A stretch of DNA of 40,660 nucleotides from Patescibacteria group bacterium (GTDB lineage Bacteria; Patescibacteriota; Minisyncoccia; Phycocordibacterales; UBA918), in contig WFTF01000047.1 of the NCBI GenBank assembly GCA_015485575.1, positions 1 to 40,660 of the forward strand, in the 5' to 3' direction. A program made the translations under genes and the position numbers. This document shows, one piece after another, positions 24,138-33,840 of this stretch (within the stretch, counting starts at the first letter, position 1; each line of letters opens with the position of its first letter). A model generated the notes under the pieces. That model saw only the letters and a program-made list of their open reading frames with translations, ran no database searches and was not told where the DNA came from.

Positions 24138-25061
24138 CTAGAGTTTCAGTGCCGGCAGTATCTGTTTTTTGCGGGATACCACACCGGGCAGCACCTCGGT
24201 ATCACCCTCAACGGTGACACCAAACGATGTTTCAATGACTTTCTTTGTCAGGTCGTTGTAGGTGAGTACCGTCGCTTCTTCGTTGAGAATGTCAATAATA
24301 AAGAAGAGTACTTCGTCCACGTCGTTTTCTTCTGCAATCACTTCCGCAATGGCGGACAAGATACCGTCCTTTCGGGCAAGGACAGTTTGAGGGGTGGTGG
24401 TTTCCAACACCGATACGCGGAAGTTTTTGTCTCCCACCCCGTACTTTTTGCTATCAAGTGTCACCAATCCCTTATCAGAGAAGCTGGAAATGTCAGACTT
24501 CGCCGCAAACATTTCGTTTGCATAGCTGTGCAAGTCTATCTCCAGTTGTGCAGCAAGCTTTTCGGCGACGTCTTTGTCGTGCGGAGTGGTGGTGGGAGAG
24601 CGGAATTCCAGTGTATCGGACAGAATGCAAGAGAGCATGAGGCCCGCAATCTCGCGCGGTAGTGCCGATACTACGCTTTCTCCCATGAGATCATGCAATA
24701 CCGTTGCGGTGCAGGCAAGCGGCCGCATGGTGATATCAACCGGTGCGGCAGTTTGCAGTCCCCCAACCAGTTTGTGGTGATCAATCAGCTGTACCAGCTG
24801 TACATCGTTTATGTTTTCCGGCAGTTCTTGCGGATTGTTGGTATCCACCACGATCACTTCGTCATTCGCGTCAAGCTGCTCAAGCAGTTGCGGTGTGTCA
24901 GTGTTCCAGTAGTTAAGTACAAATTGTGTTTCGGTGTTGAGCTCACCCAGCACAAAGGCCTGCGCGTCACGCAAGCTGTGTTCGTTGAGGTACCAGCTCC
25001 AGATAATTGCCGAGCAAGTTGCGTCGGTATCGGGGGATTTGTGTCCAAAAACTTTTATCAT
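24138..25061 (-). CDS. ppaC: Family II (Mn-dependent, DHH/DHHA2) inorganic pyrophosphatase
   Basis: VFGHKSPDTDATCSAI, the DHH motif IDHHKL, and a length of 307 aa. Confidence 0.85.
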   Translation of the reverse strand: MIKVFGHKSPDTDATCSAIIWSWYLNEHSLRDAQAFVLGELNTETQFVLNYWNTDTPQLLEQLDANDEVIVVDTNNPQELPENINDVQLVQLIDHHKLVGGLQTAAPVDITMRPLACTATVLHDLMGESVVSALPREIAGLMLSCILSDTLEFRSPTTTPHDKDVAEKLAAQLEIDLHSYANEMFAAKSDISSFSDKGLVTLDSKKYGVGDKNFRVSVLETTTPQTVLARKDGILSAIAEVIAEENDVDEVLFFIIDILNEEATVLTYNDLTKKVIETSFGVTVEGDTEVLPGVVSRKKQILPALKL

Positions 25062-25177
25062 AGTACATATCTAACTTATAGCGTGCGCATATCGTACCGT
25101 ATTTCCTACACTTCGTTAAGTGTTTTGGTTTGGTATACATATTATTTATCTTATGTACATAATTTATGTACATATCA

Positions 25178-25206
25178 AAGAGCCGGAGCGAAGCTCCGGC
25201 TCTTTT
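25178..25206 (-). terminator. Terminator of nusA
   Basis: AAAGAGCCGGAGC-GA-AGCTCCGGCTCTTT. Confidence 0.75.
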
Positions 25207-25233
25207 GGGTTTGGGGAGTGTGATGCGGCGAGG

Positions 25234-26715
25234 TTATGTGTTTTTCTCCAAGTTTTCTTCGGTGATTTTTTCCATCACTTCGTCTTCGTTTGCCAGCGGA
25301 CCTGCTTCCTCTGCCGCTTGCATCAGCTCTTCCGCCTCTTCGGGGGTGTCAATTTCATTGATTTCTTCAGTCTGGTCCTCATCAACAAGGTCGCGATCGT
25401 TGGTTGGCTCATCGTCCATAACCAGTTCCGGTTTTGTGGTGGTGGCGTCCTCGCTTTCCAAGACATCAATGTCTGCTCCAACCTCGGTATTTTCGGGAGC
25501 TACGATATTTGTTTCTCCGTCCGCATCCGCTTCCGCCAAGCCCTCACCTTTGGTAGAGATAATGTCAATTTTCCATCCGGTAAGTTTTGCGGCAAGGCGT
25601 ACGTTCTGCCCGCCACGGCCGATGGCAAGGGACTGCTGGTCGGGTGCCACTTCCACAATAGCATGTCCACGGCTGTCTTCCGCTTCATCGTCATCACTCG
25701 GTTCCGACTCAATGGTGACCGACAGTACCTGTGCGGGGGATAGTGCATCTTCAATAAACTCAAGCGGGTCCTCCGACCATTCAATGATATCTATTTTTTC
25801 ACCGCCCAGTTCACTCATGACCGTGGATACGCGTACACCTCGCTGTCCCACCAGTGCACCGACCGGATCAATATGCTCATCGTGCGCGTACACCGCAACT
25901 TTGGAGCGAGCCCCCGCTTCTCGGGCAATGGCTTTTATTTCCACCACACCATTTTGCAGCTCCGGTGTTTCCACAGCAAACAGTCCCGCAAGAAAGTCAG
26001 GGTGCGCGCGAGAGAGTTTCAGGAAAATGCCCCGAGTGGTTTCATCCACCTGCAGAAGCAGTGCGCGAATACGTTCACCCGGGCGAAAGCGCTCTCCCGG
26101 AATTTGTTCATCGTAGGGCATGACCGCTGTGACTCGTCCCAGGTCAACGTAGAGATTTCCGCGTTCAAAGCGTTGTACATGACCAAGGATGATATCTCCC
26201 TCTTTTTGACCAAATTCGGCAAGGGCCGCCTCCTTTTCTGCTTCGCGTACTTTCTGGATAATCACCTGTTTTGCTGTTTGTGCGGCAATGCGTCCGAAGT
26301 CGTCTTTGTTTTCCAAGGGGAACACCAGCTCTTCGCCCACTTCCACATCTTTTTTAATGAGACGCGCATTATCAAGCATAATGTGCTTTTCAGGGTCAAA
26401 GCGTACTTTGCCGTCATCTTCCGGCACCTCTGTGGGGTCCTGAGATGACTTTGTTTCTGCCGTTTCTTGCTCGTTGGTTTCTTCCGGCTCCGGTTTGAGC
26501 ATATTTTCGTCAACGACGATTTTAATCTGATTGAATGTGGTTGTGCCGGTTGCCATATCAAACTCGGCACGGATGATTTGTCCGCGTTTTCCGTATTCTT
26601 TTTTGTATGCGGTTGCCAGCGCTTGCTCTATGGCATCCAGCATTTTTTCGCGCGAAATACCGCGTTCCTCTTCCATTTCTCCAAGAACGGAGTTGATTAC
26701 TTTAAGGTCAAACAT
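25234..26715 (-). CDS. nusA: Transcription termination/antitermination factor NusA with an acidic C-terminal extension
   Basis: N-terminal NusA domain, S1 domain, two KH domains (GQRGVRV, GRGGQNVRLA), then an Asp/Glu-rich tail. Confidence 0.9.
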   Translation of the reverse strand: MFDLKVINSVLGEMEEERGISREKMLDAIEQALATAYKKEYGKRGQIIRAEFDMATGTTTFNQIKIVVDENMLKPEPEETNEQETAETKSSQDPTEVPEDDGKVRFDPEKHIMLDNARLIKKDVEVGEELVFPLENKDDFGRIAAQTAKQVIIQKVREAEKEAALAEFGQKEGDIILGHVQRFERGNLYVDLGRVTAVMPYDEQIPGERFRPGERIRALLLQVDETTRGIFLKLSRAHPDFLAGLFAVETPELQNGVVEIKAIAREAGARSKVAVYAHDEHIDPVGALVGQRGVRVSTVMSELGGEKIDIIEWSEDPLEFIEDALSPAQVLSVTIESEPSDDDEAEDSRGHAIVEVAPDQQSLAIGRGGQNVRLAAKLTGWKIDIISTKGEGLAEADADGETNIVAPENTEVGADIDVLESEDATTTKPELVMDDEPTNDRDLVDEDQTEEINEIDTPEEAEELMQAAEEAGPLANEDEVMEKITEENLEKNT

Positions 26716-27003
26716 ATTTTTTATTTAGTTGTCTATTGTATGTAGGTACGCGCACCGGTCTGCGTATCTTCCATATTGGCAGGCTACACAAAGTGCATAT
26801 ACCTGTTTTGTGAATGTTGCGAAGAGAACGCGCGCCCTGCGGGCGCGCGTTCAATCAACCTACATACTCTATACCCATATGTAACAGATGTCAAAATGTG
26901 TATTGAAAGGTACGTCTTTCGGCGTAGGATACGGTATACTACTTGTGTAAGAACCGCAGAGGAGGAGAGACAGGTTTGCCGTGTTCTTTTGTTTTTTATA
27001 TAT

Positions 27004-28755
27004 ATGCGCATACAAGACGAACAACTCAAGCGGTTTGTATCGGATGCCGGTTTGGTTCCCAAAAAAGATCTTGCCGCCGCACAAAAAGTTGCGAAGGAGG
27101 AAAAACGAACGCTTGCCGAGGCGCTGATTGCCGGAGGGTATATGACTGAGGATGACCTGCGACGGGTGGAGTCGTATGTTTTGGGTATTCCGTTTGTCTC
27201 GCTGAAAGATGAAAAGATTGACTTTGACATTTTGTCGCTTATTCCAGAGCCGGTTGCCCGCAATCATAACATCATCGCTTTCAAGAAAAGCGACACCGCA
27301 CTTGAAGTGGCGATGCTGGACACCGCGGACCTGCCGGCGATTGATTTTATAAAGAAAAAGGTGGGATTAAAAATACTGCCGCGTTTGACCGACACCGAGT
27401 CAATGCGCTGGGCGTTGCAGCAGTATCAAAAAACACTCAAAGATGAATTTGGTGACATTATCGCAAAAGAGTCTTCCGCACTGAAGGTACTTGCGGAAGG
27501 TGACGGTGAGGAGGTGAGTGAAGAAGATCTGAAGAAGATGGCGGAGGACCTGCCGGTGGTGCGTATTGTAGATACGTTGTTGCGTCATGCCATTATTCAA
27601 GGAGCATCTGATATCCACATTGAGCCAATGGAAGAGGAGGTGTTGGTACGTTATCGCATAGATGGCATCTTGCATGACGCGATGACGCTGCCGAAACACG
27701 CCGGCCCCACCATTGCGGCTCGTATCAAGGTACTCTCCAACTTGAAGCTGGACGAGAAGCGCCTGCCGCAAGATGGAAGGTTTAAGATGGAAATGGATGG
27801 GCAGAAAGTCTCTTTTCGCGTATCCGTGCTGCCCATTTTCTTTGGGGAGAAGATTGTCATGCGCCTGTTGCGTGAAAACCGCTCGGGCTTCTCGCTTGAG
27901 GGTATCGGTTTTCACGGCAGCACACTGGAACGCTTGCAGGACGCCATGAAGCAGACCACCGGTATTATATTGGTAACCGGTCCCACCGGATCGGGTAAAA
28001 CGACAACGTTGTATACCATTTTGGATTTGCTGAATACGCCGGAGGTCAATATATCCACCATTGAAGACCCGATTGAGTATCAGATGCCGCGTATTAACCA
28101 AACACAAGTAAAGGCGGATATCGGGTTTACGTTCGCCACAGGGTTGCGTTCGCTAATGCGTCAAGACCCGGACATCATCATGGTGGGGGAGATTCGCGAT
28201 CAGGAAACAGCAAACCTTGCCATCAATGCGGCACTCACCGGTCACTTGGTGTTGGCTACAGTACACACCAACTCCGCAGCAGGTACGGTCGCTCGTTTGG
28301 TTGATATGGGTGTGGAGTCATTTTTGATGGTATCCACACTCCGTGTTGCCATTGGACAGCGCTTGGTGCGCCGTGTGCGAGAGGATATGCGCGAACCCTA
28401 CACACTGACCGCAAATCAGCGAGCGGAGTTGTCCAAACATGCCGATTTAGATCGGGTACTGGAGACGTTGCGTGAGGAGAATATCATCAAGCCCAATGCA
28501 TCATGGAACAGTATTCCGTTTTACCACGCGGTCCCGCAGGGGAATGAAGACGGATATAAGGGGAGAATCGGCATCCATGAAGTGCTGCCGGTTTCTTCCG
28601 CCATGAAAGAGATGGTGATGGCGAATGCCACTGCGGACCAGATCGAAGAGCAGGCGCGCAAGGAGGGGATGCTGACAATGTTGGAGGATGGTATCTACAA
28701 AGCGGCGCGCGGATTGACCACCATTGAGGAGGTATTACGTGTGATTAACGAATAG
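27004..28755 (+). CDS. pilB: Type IV pilus / type II secretion assembly ATPase
   Basis: GSPII_E N-terminal domain, Walker A GPTGSGKTTTLY and a conserved Asp box. The ORF opens at 26776, but the MRIQDEQLKRF start at 27004 fits homologs. Confidence 0.9.
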   Translation: MRIQDEQLKRFVSDAGLVPKKDLAAAQKVAKEEKRTLAEALIAGGYMTEDDLRRVESYVLGIPFVSLKDEKIDFDILSLIPEPVARNHNIIAFKKSDTALEVAMLDTADLPAIDFIKKKVGLKILPRLTDTESMRWALQQYQKTLKDEFGDIIAKESSALKVLAEGDGEEVSEEDLKKMAEDLPVVRIVDTLLRHAIIQGASDIHIEPMEEEVLVRYRIDGILHDAMTLPKHAGPTIAARIKVLSNLKLDEKRLPQDGRFKMEMDGQKVSFRVSVLPIFFGEKIVMRLLRENRSGFSLEGIGFHGSTLERLQDAMKQTTGIILVTGPTGSGKTTTLYTILDLLNTPEVNISTIEDPIEYQMPRINQTQVKADIGFTFATGLRSLMRQDPDIIMVGEIRDQETANLAINAALTGHLVLATVHTNSAAGTVARLVDMGVESFLMVSTLRVAIGQRLVRRVREDMREPYTLTANQRAELSKHADLDRVLETLREENIIKPNASWNSIPFYHAVPQGNEDGYKGRIGIHEVLPVSSAMKEMVMANATADQIEEQARKEGMLTMLEDGIYKAARGLTTIEEVLRVINE

Positions 28756-29987
28756 TGCGTATGCCAACATTCATCTATACAGGAAAAGATAAAAACGGAA
28801 CAGCGGTACAGGAAACGGTGGAGGCGCAGGACCGGTTTGCGGTTTATGAGATTGCACGGATTGCCGGTCACACGGTTGAATCGGTGACGGAAAAGAAGAA
28901 GTTCTCACTCAGTACCCTGCTTGACGTGGAAAAAATCAATTACCATTTGAGTCGGGTCAAGCAAGATGAGCTGGTGATGATGACCCGGAACCTCGGTGCG
29001 ATGCTGGTTGCCGGTCTGTCACTTTCACGAGCATTATCAGTGATTGAGCGACAGAGTAAAAATCCGCGCTTGAAAGGAATCATCAAGGATATTATTGATC
29101 AGATCAACAAAGGAGAGACGTTTCACTCCGCCATTTCGCGATACCCCAAAGTGTTCAACGATTTGTATGTGGCAATGATAGCGGCAGGAGAGGAGGGTGG
29201 TCAGATGGCACAGACACTTAAAACCTTGAGCGTGCAGATGGAGCGTTCATCCACACTGAAGAAAAAAATCAAAGGTGCCATGATTTACCCCGCTATCGTC
29301 ATTATCATCTTGGTGATTATCGGCGTGTTGATGATGGTGTTTGTGATGCCGTCCATTACCGACACGTTCAAAAGTTTAGATACTGATTTACCCAAAACAA
29401 CCCTCTTTTTGATGGCGGTGAGTGACTTTATGAGCAATAACTTGTTGTTAACCATGGTGTTACTCATCGGATCGGTGGGTGGATTTGCAGCGTGGTTGCG
29501 GACACAAATGGGGAAACGTGTTTCTTCGTGGGTATTGCCCCGTTTGCCGGTTATCGGCAAGATGGCAAAGGAGGTAAATTCCGCACGGACCGCACGAACA
29601 CTTTCGTCCCTTTTGTCATCAGGAGTGGATGTGATTCGTGCGCTGAATATTACCGAGGATGTGGTGCAAAACTACTACTATAAGCAGATTATTGCAGAAG
29701 CGGCAAAACGGGTTGAAAAGGGAACCGCACTGTCTGAAGTGTTTGTGGAGCATGATGATTTGTATCCGGTGTTGGTTGGAGAGATGATTTTGGTGGGAGA
29801 GGAAACGGGGAATATATCGCAAATGCTGGAAGAGTTGGCAGACTTTTACGAGGCGGAGGTGGAACAAAAGACGAAGGATCTTTCTACCATTATTGAGCCG
29901 TTGCTGATGGTCTTCATTGGCGGTACGGTTGGTTTCTTCGCTCTTGCAATGATTGCACCTATTTACTCAATTAGTGATAGCATTTAA
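28755..29987 (+). CDS. pilC: Type IV pilus platform protein (GspF/PilC family)
   Basis: 410 aa with two GspF repeats and three TM segments. The start is GTG 28755 or ATG 28761. Confidence 0.9.
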   Translation: MRMPTFIYTGKDKNGTAVQETVEAQDRFAVYEIARIAGHTVESVTEKKKFSLSTLLDVEKINYHLSRVKQDELVMMTRNLGAMLVAGLSLSRALSVIERQSKNPRLKGIIKDIIDQINKGETFHSAISRYPKVFNDLYVAMIAAGEEGGQMAQTLKTLSVQMERSSTLKKKIKGAMIYPAIVIIILVIIGVLMMVFVMPSITDTFKSLDTDLPKTTLFLMAVSDFMSNNLLLTMVLLIGSVGGFAAWLRTQMGKRVSSWVLPRLPVIGKMAKEVNSARTARTLSSLLSSGVDVIRALNITEDVVQNYYYKQIIAEAAKRVEKGTALSEVFVEHDDLYPVLVGEMILVGEETGNISQMLEELADFYEAEVEQKTKDLSTIIEPLLMVFIGGTVGFFALAMIAPIYSISDSI

Positions 29988-29998
29988 TTGGAAAGCGT

Positions 29999-31777
29999 AT
30001 GTGTAGGTTTGAGAAACGGGCGCCGGAAAATACGAAGTATTTTCCGGCGCCCGTTTCCGGCTACTCGTTGATAGAACTGATTATCACTATCGCGCTGTTT
30101 TCTCTTGTTTTTTCCGCGCTGTTTGCAGGAGTACAGTTTGCACTCTCACTGGTGGGAACCTCAAAGGCGGAAGCCGGAGCGCTTGCGTTGCTGGTTGATA
30201 AGATGGAGTACATACGTTCACTTCCTTATAACGATGTAGGTACAGTTGGTGGAGTTCCTGCCGGTGACATTCCTCAGACGGGCACCACCACACTCAATGG
30301 CATCACCTACAACGAGCGTGTGCTCATTCAGTATGTGGATGATCCGGCAGATGGAACCGGTTCGTCTGACAGTAATGGCATTTTAGCCGATTATAAACAG
30401 ATAAAGATTGAGTACGTATGGAGTATACGAGGAAAAACGAACTCTGCGTCACTGGTGAGCAACATTGTACCCAATGGTATTGAGACCACTGCGGGAGGAG
30501 GCACGATTCGTGTGAATGTATTTGATGCACAGGTGCAGCCATTGTCCGGAGCTGCGGTGCGATTTCTCAACAACACTACAACCACCACCATAGATACGAC
30601 ACGGTACACCGATCCGAATGGAGTCGCCTACCTTGCAGGAGCACCGGCTGCCGCAAATTATGAAATTATTGTGACCGATGACGGGTACTCAACAGATGGT
30701 ACCTACGTTGCGACTACTTCTAACCCAAATCCGACCACGCCGCCTATTGCGGTATTGGAGAGTCAGATTTCCACTATGAATTTTCAGATCGACAAACTCA
30801 GTGATCTGACCATTCGCACACTCAATCCGGCAACGTACGGAAACTATACCGATACCTTTTCTGACAACTCCGGTTTGATTTCACAGTCAAGCACAACGGT
30901 TTCTTCGGGGGCTCTTATACTCAGTGGTAGTGCCGGCAGTTACAAGTCTACGGGTAGTGCTGTGAGCACCAGTACCGATGTCACCTCCCCCGATGCATGG
31001 TACTCAGCTTCCTTCAGCGCCAGTACCTCTGCCTCAACATCAGTTCGCGTGTCGGTGATGTACGACAATGCCGGGGTGATGACACTGGTGCCGGATGAAG
31101 ACTTGCCGGGTAACAGTGTTGGATTTACTACCTCTCCGGTTGATATTTCATCTTTGAGTACCACCACTTACGCTTCACTTGGTCTGTCTGCAATACTGAC
31201 AACCACCGATGCGAATGTAACTCCTTATTTGCATCAATGGCAGATAACTCACGTTGTGAATCAGACACCTATTGCGGATGTGCCGTTATCCATTGCGGGT
31301 GCAAAAAGTATTGGAACCTATGACGACGGACAGCCTGTTTTGAAGTATGCAGCAACCGGCGTCAGTGACAGCAGTGGTGTGTGGGATCAGTCCAATATAG
31401 AGTATGATCTCTACACGGTGACGGTAAACAGTACCGCGTACGATGTACAGGAGGAGTGTCCGATAGTTCCGTTTGCGCTCAGTCCGGACACAACAGAAAC
31501 ACTTACGTTCACGTTGGGACCGGCAAGTGGCGCAATGTTACGTGTGGCGGTAACTCAGGCAGACGGTACGCCGATTCCGGACGCAACGGTTCGGTTGCAG
31601 AACACTGGCATTGACCAGCAGCAGAAGACCAGTTTATGCGGTCAGACGTATTTTGGGTCGGGATTGTATACCGCAGGTGACTATCAAGTAACCGTATCTG
31701 CGTCGGGGTATGCCACACAAACAGTCACTGATGTGACGGTAAATGCAAGTAGTTCACTTACGGTGCAACTCAATTAG
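29999..31777 (+). CDS. Large prepilin-type N-terminal domain protein (pseudopilin)
   Basis: The G|YSLIELIITIALF prepilin cleavage/methylation-like motif follows a 21-aa leader. The rest is Thr/Ser-rich with two carboxypeptidase-regulatory-like segments. Confidence 0.75.
   Translation: MCRFEKRAPENTKYFPAPVSGYSLIELIITIALFSLVFSALFAGVQFALSLVGTSKAEAGALALLVDKMEYIRSLPYNDVGTVGGVPAGDIPQTGTTTLNGITYNERVLIQYVDDPADGTGSSDSNGILADYKQIKIEYVWSIRGKTNSASLVSNIVPNGIETTAGGGTIRVNVFDAQVQPLSGAAVRFLNNTTTTTIDTTRYTDPNGVAYLAGAPAAANYEIIVTDDGYSTDGTYVATTSNPNPTTPPIAVLESQISTMNFQIDKLSDLTIRTLNPATYGNYTDTFSDNSGLISQSSTTVSSGALILSGSAGSYKSTGSAVSTSTDVTSPDAWYSASFSASTSASTSVRVSVMYDNAGVMTLVPDEDLPGNSVGFTTSPVDISSLSTTTYASLGLSAILTTTDANVTPYLHQWQITHVVNQTPIADVPLSIAGAKSIGTYDDGQPVLKYAATGVSDSSGVWDQSNIEYDLYTVTVNSTAYDVQEECPIVPFALSPDTTETLTFTLGPASGAMLRVAVTQADGTPIPDATVRLQNTGIDQQQKTSLCGQTYFGSGLYTAGDYQVTVSASGYATQTVTDVTVNASSSLTVQLN
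30014..30056 (+). promoter_or_regulatory. 20-bp perfect hairpin inside the leader-peptide codons of the pseudopilin gene
   Basis: AAACGGGCGCCGGAAAATAC-GAA-GTATTTTCCGGCGCCCGTTT. Confidence 0.6.
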
Positions 31778-31779
31778 TT

Positions 31780-32403
31780 ATGAAAAGAAACAGACACACA
31801 CAACATACTGTTTATCATATGCGCGGCATGACTCTGGTAGAGGTGGTAATGGTGTCTGCTATTTTTGGTTTGGTGATGTTTGCGTTAGGGGAAAGCATTG
31901 TGTCGCTATATAAGAGCAATGCGTACACCATGGCGCAGGCGGTGCAGGTGCAGTATGCACGGCGCGGTGTGCAGACGTTGGTGCGGGATATGCGCGAGAT
32001 GACCTATGCCGATGACGGCACCTTTCCTTTAGCGCGTATGGAAGAACATTTGATAGGGTTTTACAGTGATATTGACAGAGATAACAGTGTTGAGTATGTG
32101 GAGTATGAGCTGGCGTCTACGACGTTGGTCAAGCGCACCTACAACGCCACCGGCTCTCCACCGACATACAGCACAACGACCGCCGATTCGGTACAGATTC
32201 TTTCCGAATATGCGCAAAACCGAAATCAAGGCACATCCACGTTTTACTATTTTGATGCAAACGGCAATCCTGCAACCAGCAGTGCTCTGGTGACCGATGT
32301 GCGTTTCATACGGGTACAGACGATTATCAACGTAGATCCGGTGCGGGATCCGGGGCAATTTATGCTCCGGGGCAGCGCTTCTTTGCGTAACGTTAAGTTA
32401 TAA
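31780..32403 (+). CDS. Prepilin-type N-terminal domain protein
   Basis: RG|MTLVEVVMVSAIFGLVMFAL at the N-terminus. 207 aa. Confidence 0.7.
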   Translation: MKRNRHTQHTVYHMRGMTLVEVVMVSAIFGLVMFALGESIVSLYKSNAYTMAQAVQVQYARRGVQTLVRDMREMTYADDGTFPLARMEEHLIGFYSDIDRDNSVEYVEYELASTTLVKRTYNATGSPPTYSTTTADSVQILSEYAQNRNQGTSTFYYFDANGNPATSSALVTDVRFIRVQTIINVDPVRDPGQFMLRGSASLRNVKL

Positions 32404-32408
32404 TAGAA

Positions 32409-33839
32409 ATGCGTATGCTGTATCATCACACCACCACACACAAAGGAGCACTACTGGTGCTGGTGCTGGTGTTTGGCGCCATTTTTTTTGTGATCGCCGC
32501 GAGTTCTCTTAACTTTTTTGTTACTCAAACACAAGTGCAGAGAGCGAAGTACCAACTGGGGCAGGCACGGGAGATTGCGGAGGCGGGGCTGAACTACTAC
32601 AAGTGGTACCTTGCCCACTATCCGGACGATGTAACCAACGGCACCGGAGAACCGGGACCGTATGTGATGACGTACACTGATCCTGAGCTGGGGGATATTG
32701 GTGAGTTTTCTCTGTCTATCGCCAGCAGTACTTTTTGCGGTGAAGTGAGCTCTATAGAGATTACATCAACCGGCTACACCTATGAAAATCCTTCTCTAAA
32801 GCAAACCGTGTATGCGCGCTATGCGCGACCAACCGTTGCTGAGTATGCATACATTATCAATTCAAATGTGTGGGCAGGTTCCGACCGCACCATTATCGGT
32901 CCATATCACTCAAATGGGGGTATCCGTATGGATGGCACCAACAACTCCATTGTGACAAGTGGGCAGGAAACCTGGAATTGTACCAGCTCCTATGGTTGCG
33001 ACCCTGAAGATCCCAATGCCCCGGGTGTCTTCGGGAGTGGTCCCAACAGCAATCTCTGGTCCTTTCCTTCCCCACCGATTAACTTTACCGGTCTGACGGT
33101 GGACTTGGCGACCATGCGTGACCGGGCCGAAAACGGTGGCGGTATCTACATACCCCCATCAGGTGCGTACGGGTATCGGGTGAGTTTTCAAAGCGATGGC
33201 AGTGTGGCGGTGCGATTGGTGGATCGCACATACAGTTACTGGGGGTATAGTTCACGTGACGGTTGGCAGATTGAGCGGAATGTCATACGCGATGACGACC
33301 CGTATGCAAGTTATACCATTAACGAGAATTGTCCCGTTATCTTTGTGGAAGATAAAGTTTGGCTTGAGGGGGAGGTACCTACTCGTGTAACTTTGGCGGC
33401 AGCGGACACTGATACGCCCGGAGTAGACCCGTCTATTATTTTAAATGACAATATCACATACAGTACCGCATCCTCCGGTCTGCTTGCCATTGCGGAAGAC
33501 AATGTTTTAGTGGGACTGGTGGTGCCAAATGATATGACACTCAATGGTATTTTTGTCGCACAGAACGGGAACTTTGGAAGAAACTACTATCGCACATGGG
33601 GGTTTTATGATGTACTGTCTATACATAACGCGTACGTCACACGCAACTCGTTGACTATGTTTGGTACGGTGGTCTCCAATGGGCGAGTTGGAACCAAGTG
33701 GTCTTGTGGTGGTGTATTTTGTTCCGGCTTTGAAACTCGTTACAATTCATACGATAGGCGTTTGGTTGAAAATCCGCCACCGCTTGCACCAAACACCTCA
33801 GACGACTTCAAATTCACCGAGTGGAGAGAAATGGACTAA
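32409..33839 (+). CDS. Pilus-associated protein with an N-terminal hydrophobic anchor (PilX-like position)
   Basis: GALLVLVLVFGAIFFVIAASS N-terminal helix. It is the last gene of the pilus operon. 476 aa. Confidence 0.6.
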   Translation: MRMLYHHTTTHKGALLVLVLVFGAIFFVIAASSLNFFVTQTQVQRAKYQLGQAREIAEAGLNYYKWYLAHYPDDVTNGTGEPGPYVMTYTDPELGDIGEFSLSIASSTFCGEVSSIEITSTGYTYENPSLKQTVYARYARPTVAEYAYIINSNVWAGSDRTIIGPYHSNGGIRMDGTNNSIVTSGQETWNCTSSYGCDPEDPNAPGVFGSGPNSNLWSFPSPPINFTGLTVDLATMRDRAENGGGIYIPPSGAYGYRVSFQSDGSVAVRLVDRTYSYWGYSSRDGWQIERNVIRDDDPYASYTINENCPVIFVEDKVWLEGEVPTRVTLAAADTDTPGVDPSIILNDNITYSTASSGLLAIAEDNVLVGLVVPNDMTLNGIFVAQNGNFGRNYYRTWGFYDVLSIHNAYVTRNSLTMFGTVVSNGRVGTKWSCGGVFCSGFETRYNSYDRRLVENPPPLAPNTSDDFKFTEWREMD

Positions 33840-33840
33840 T

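Noticed and set aside
26776-27003. The 76-codon N-terminal extension of pilB given by the ORF track.
   Set aside because: The extension is Cys/Arg-rich, contains the 12-bp GC hairpin at 26826-26852, and lies in the divergent nusA/pilB promoter region. The homolog-like N-terminus starts at 27004.
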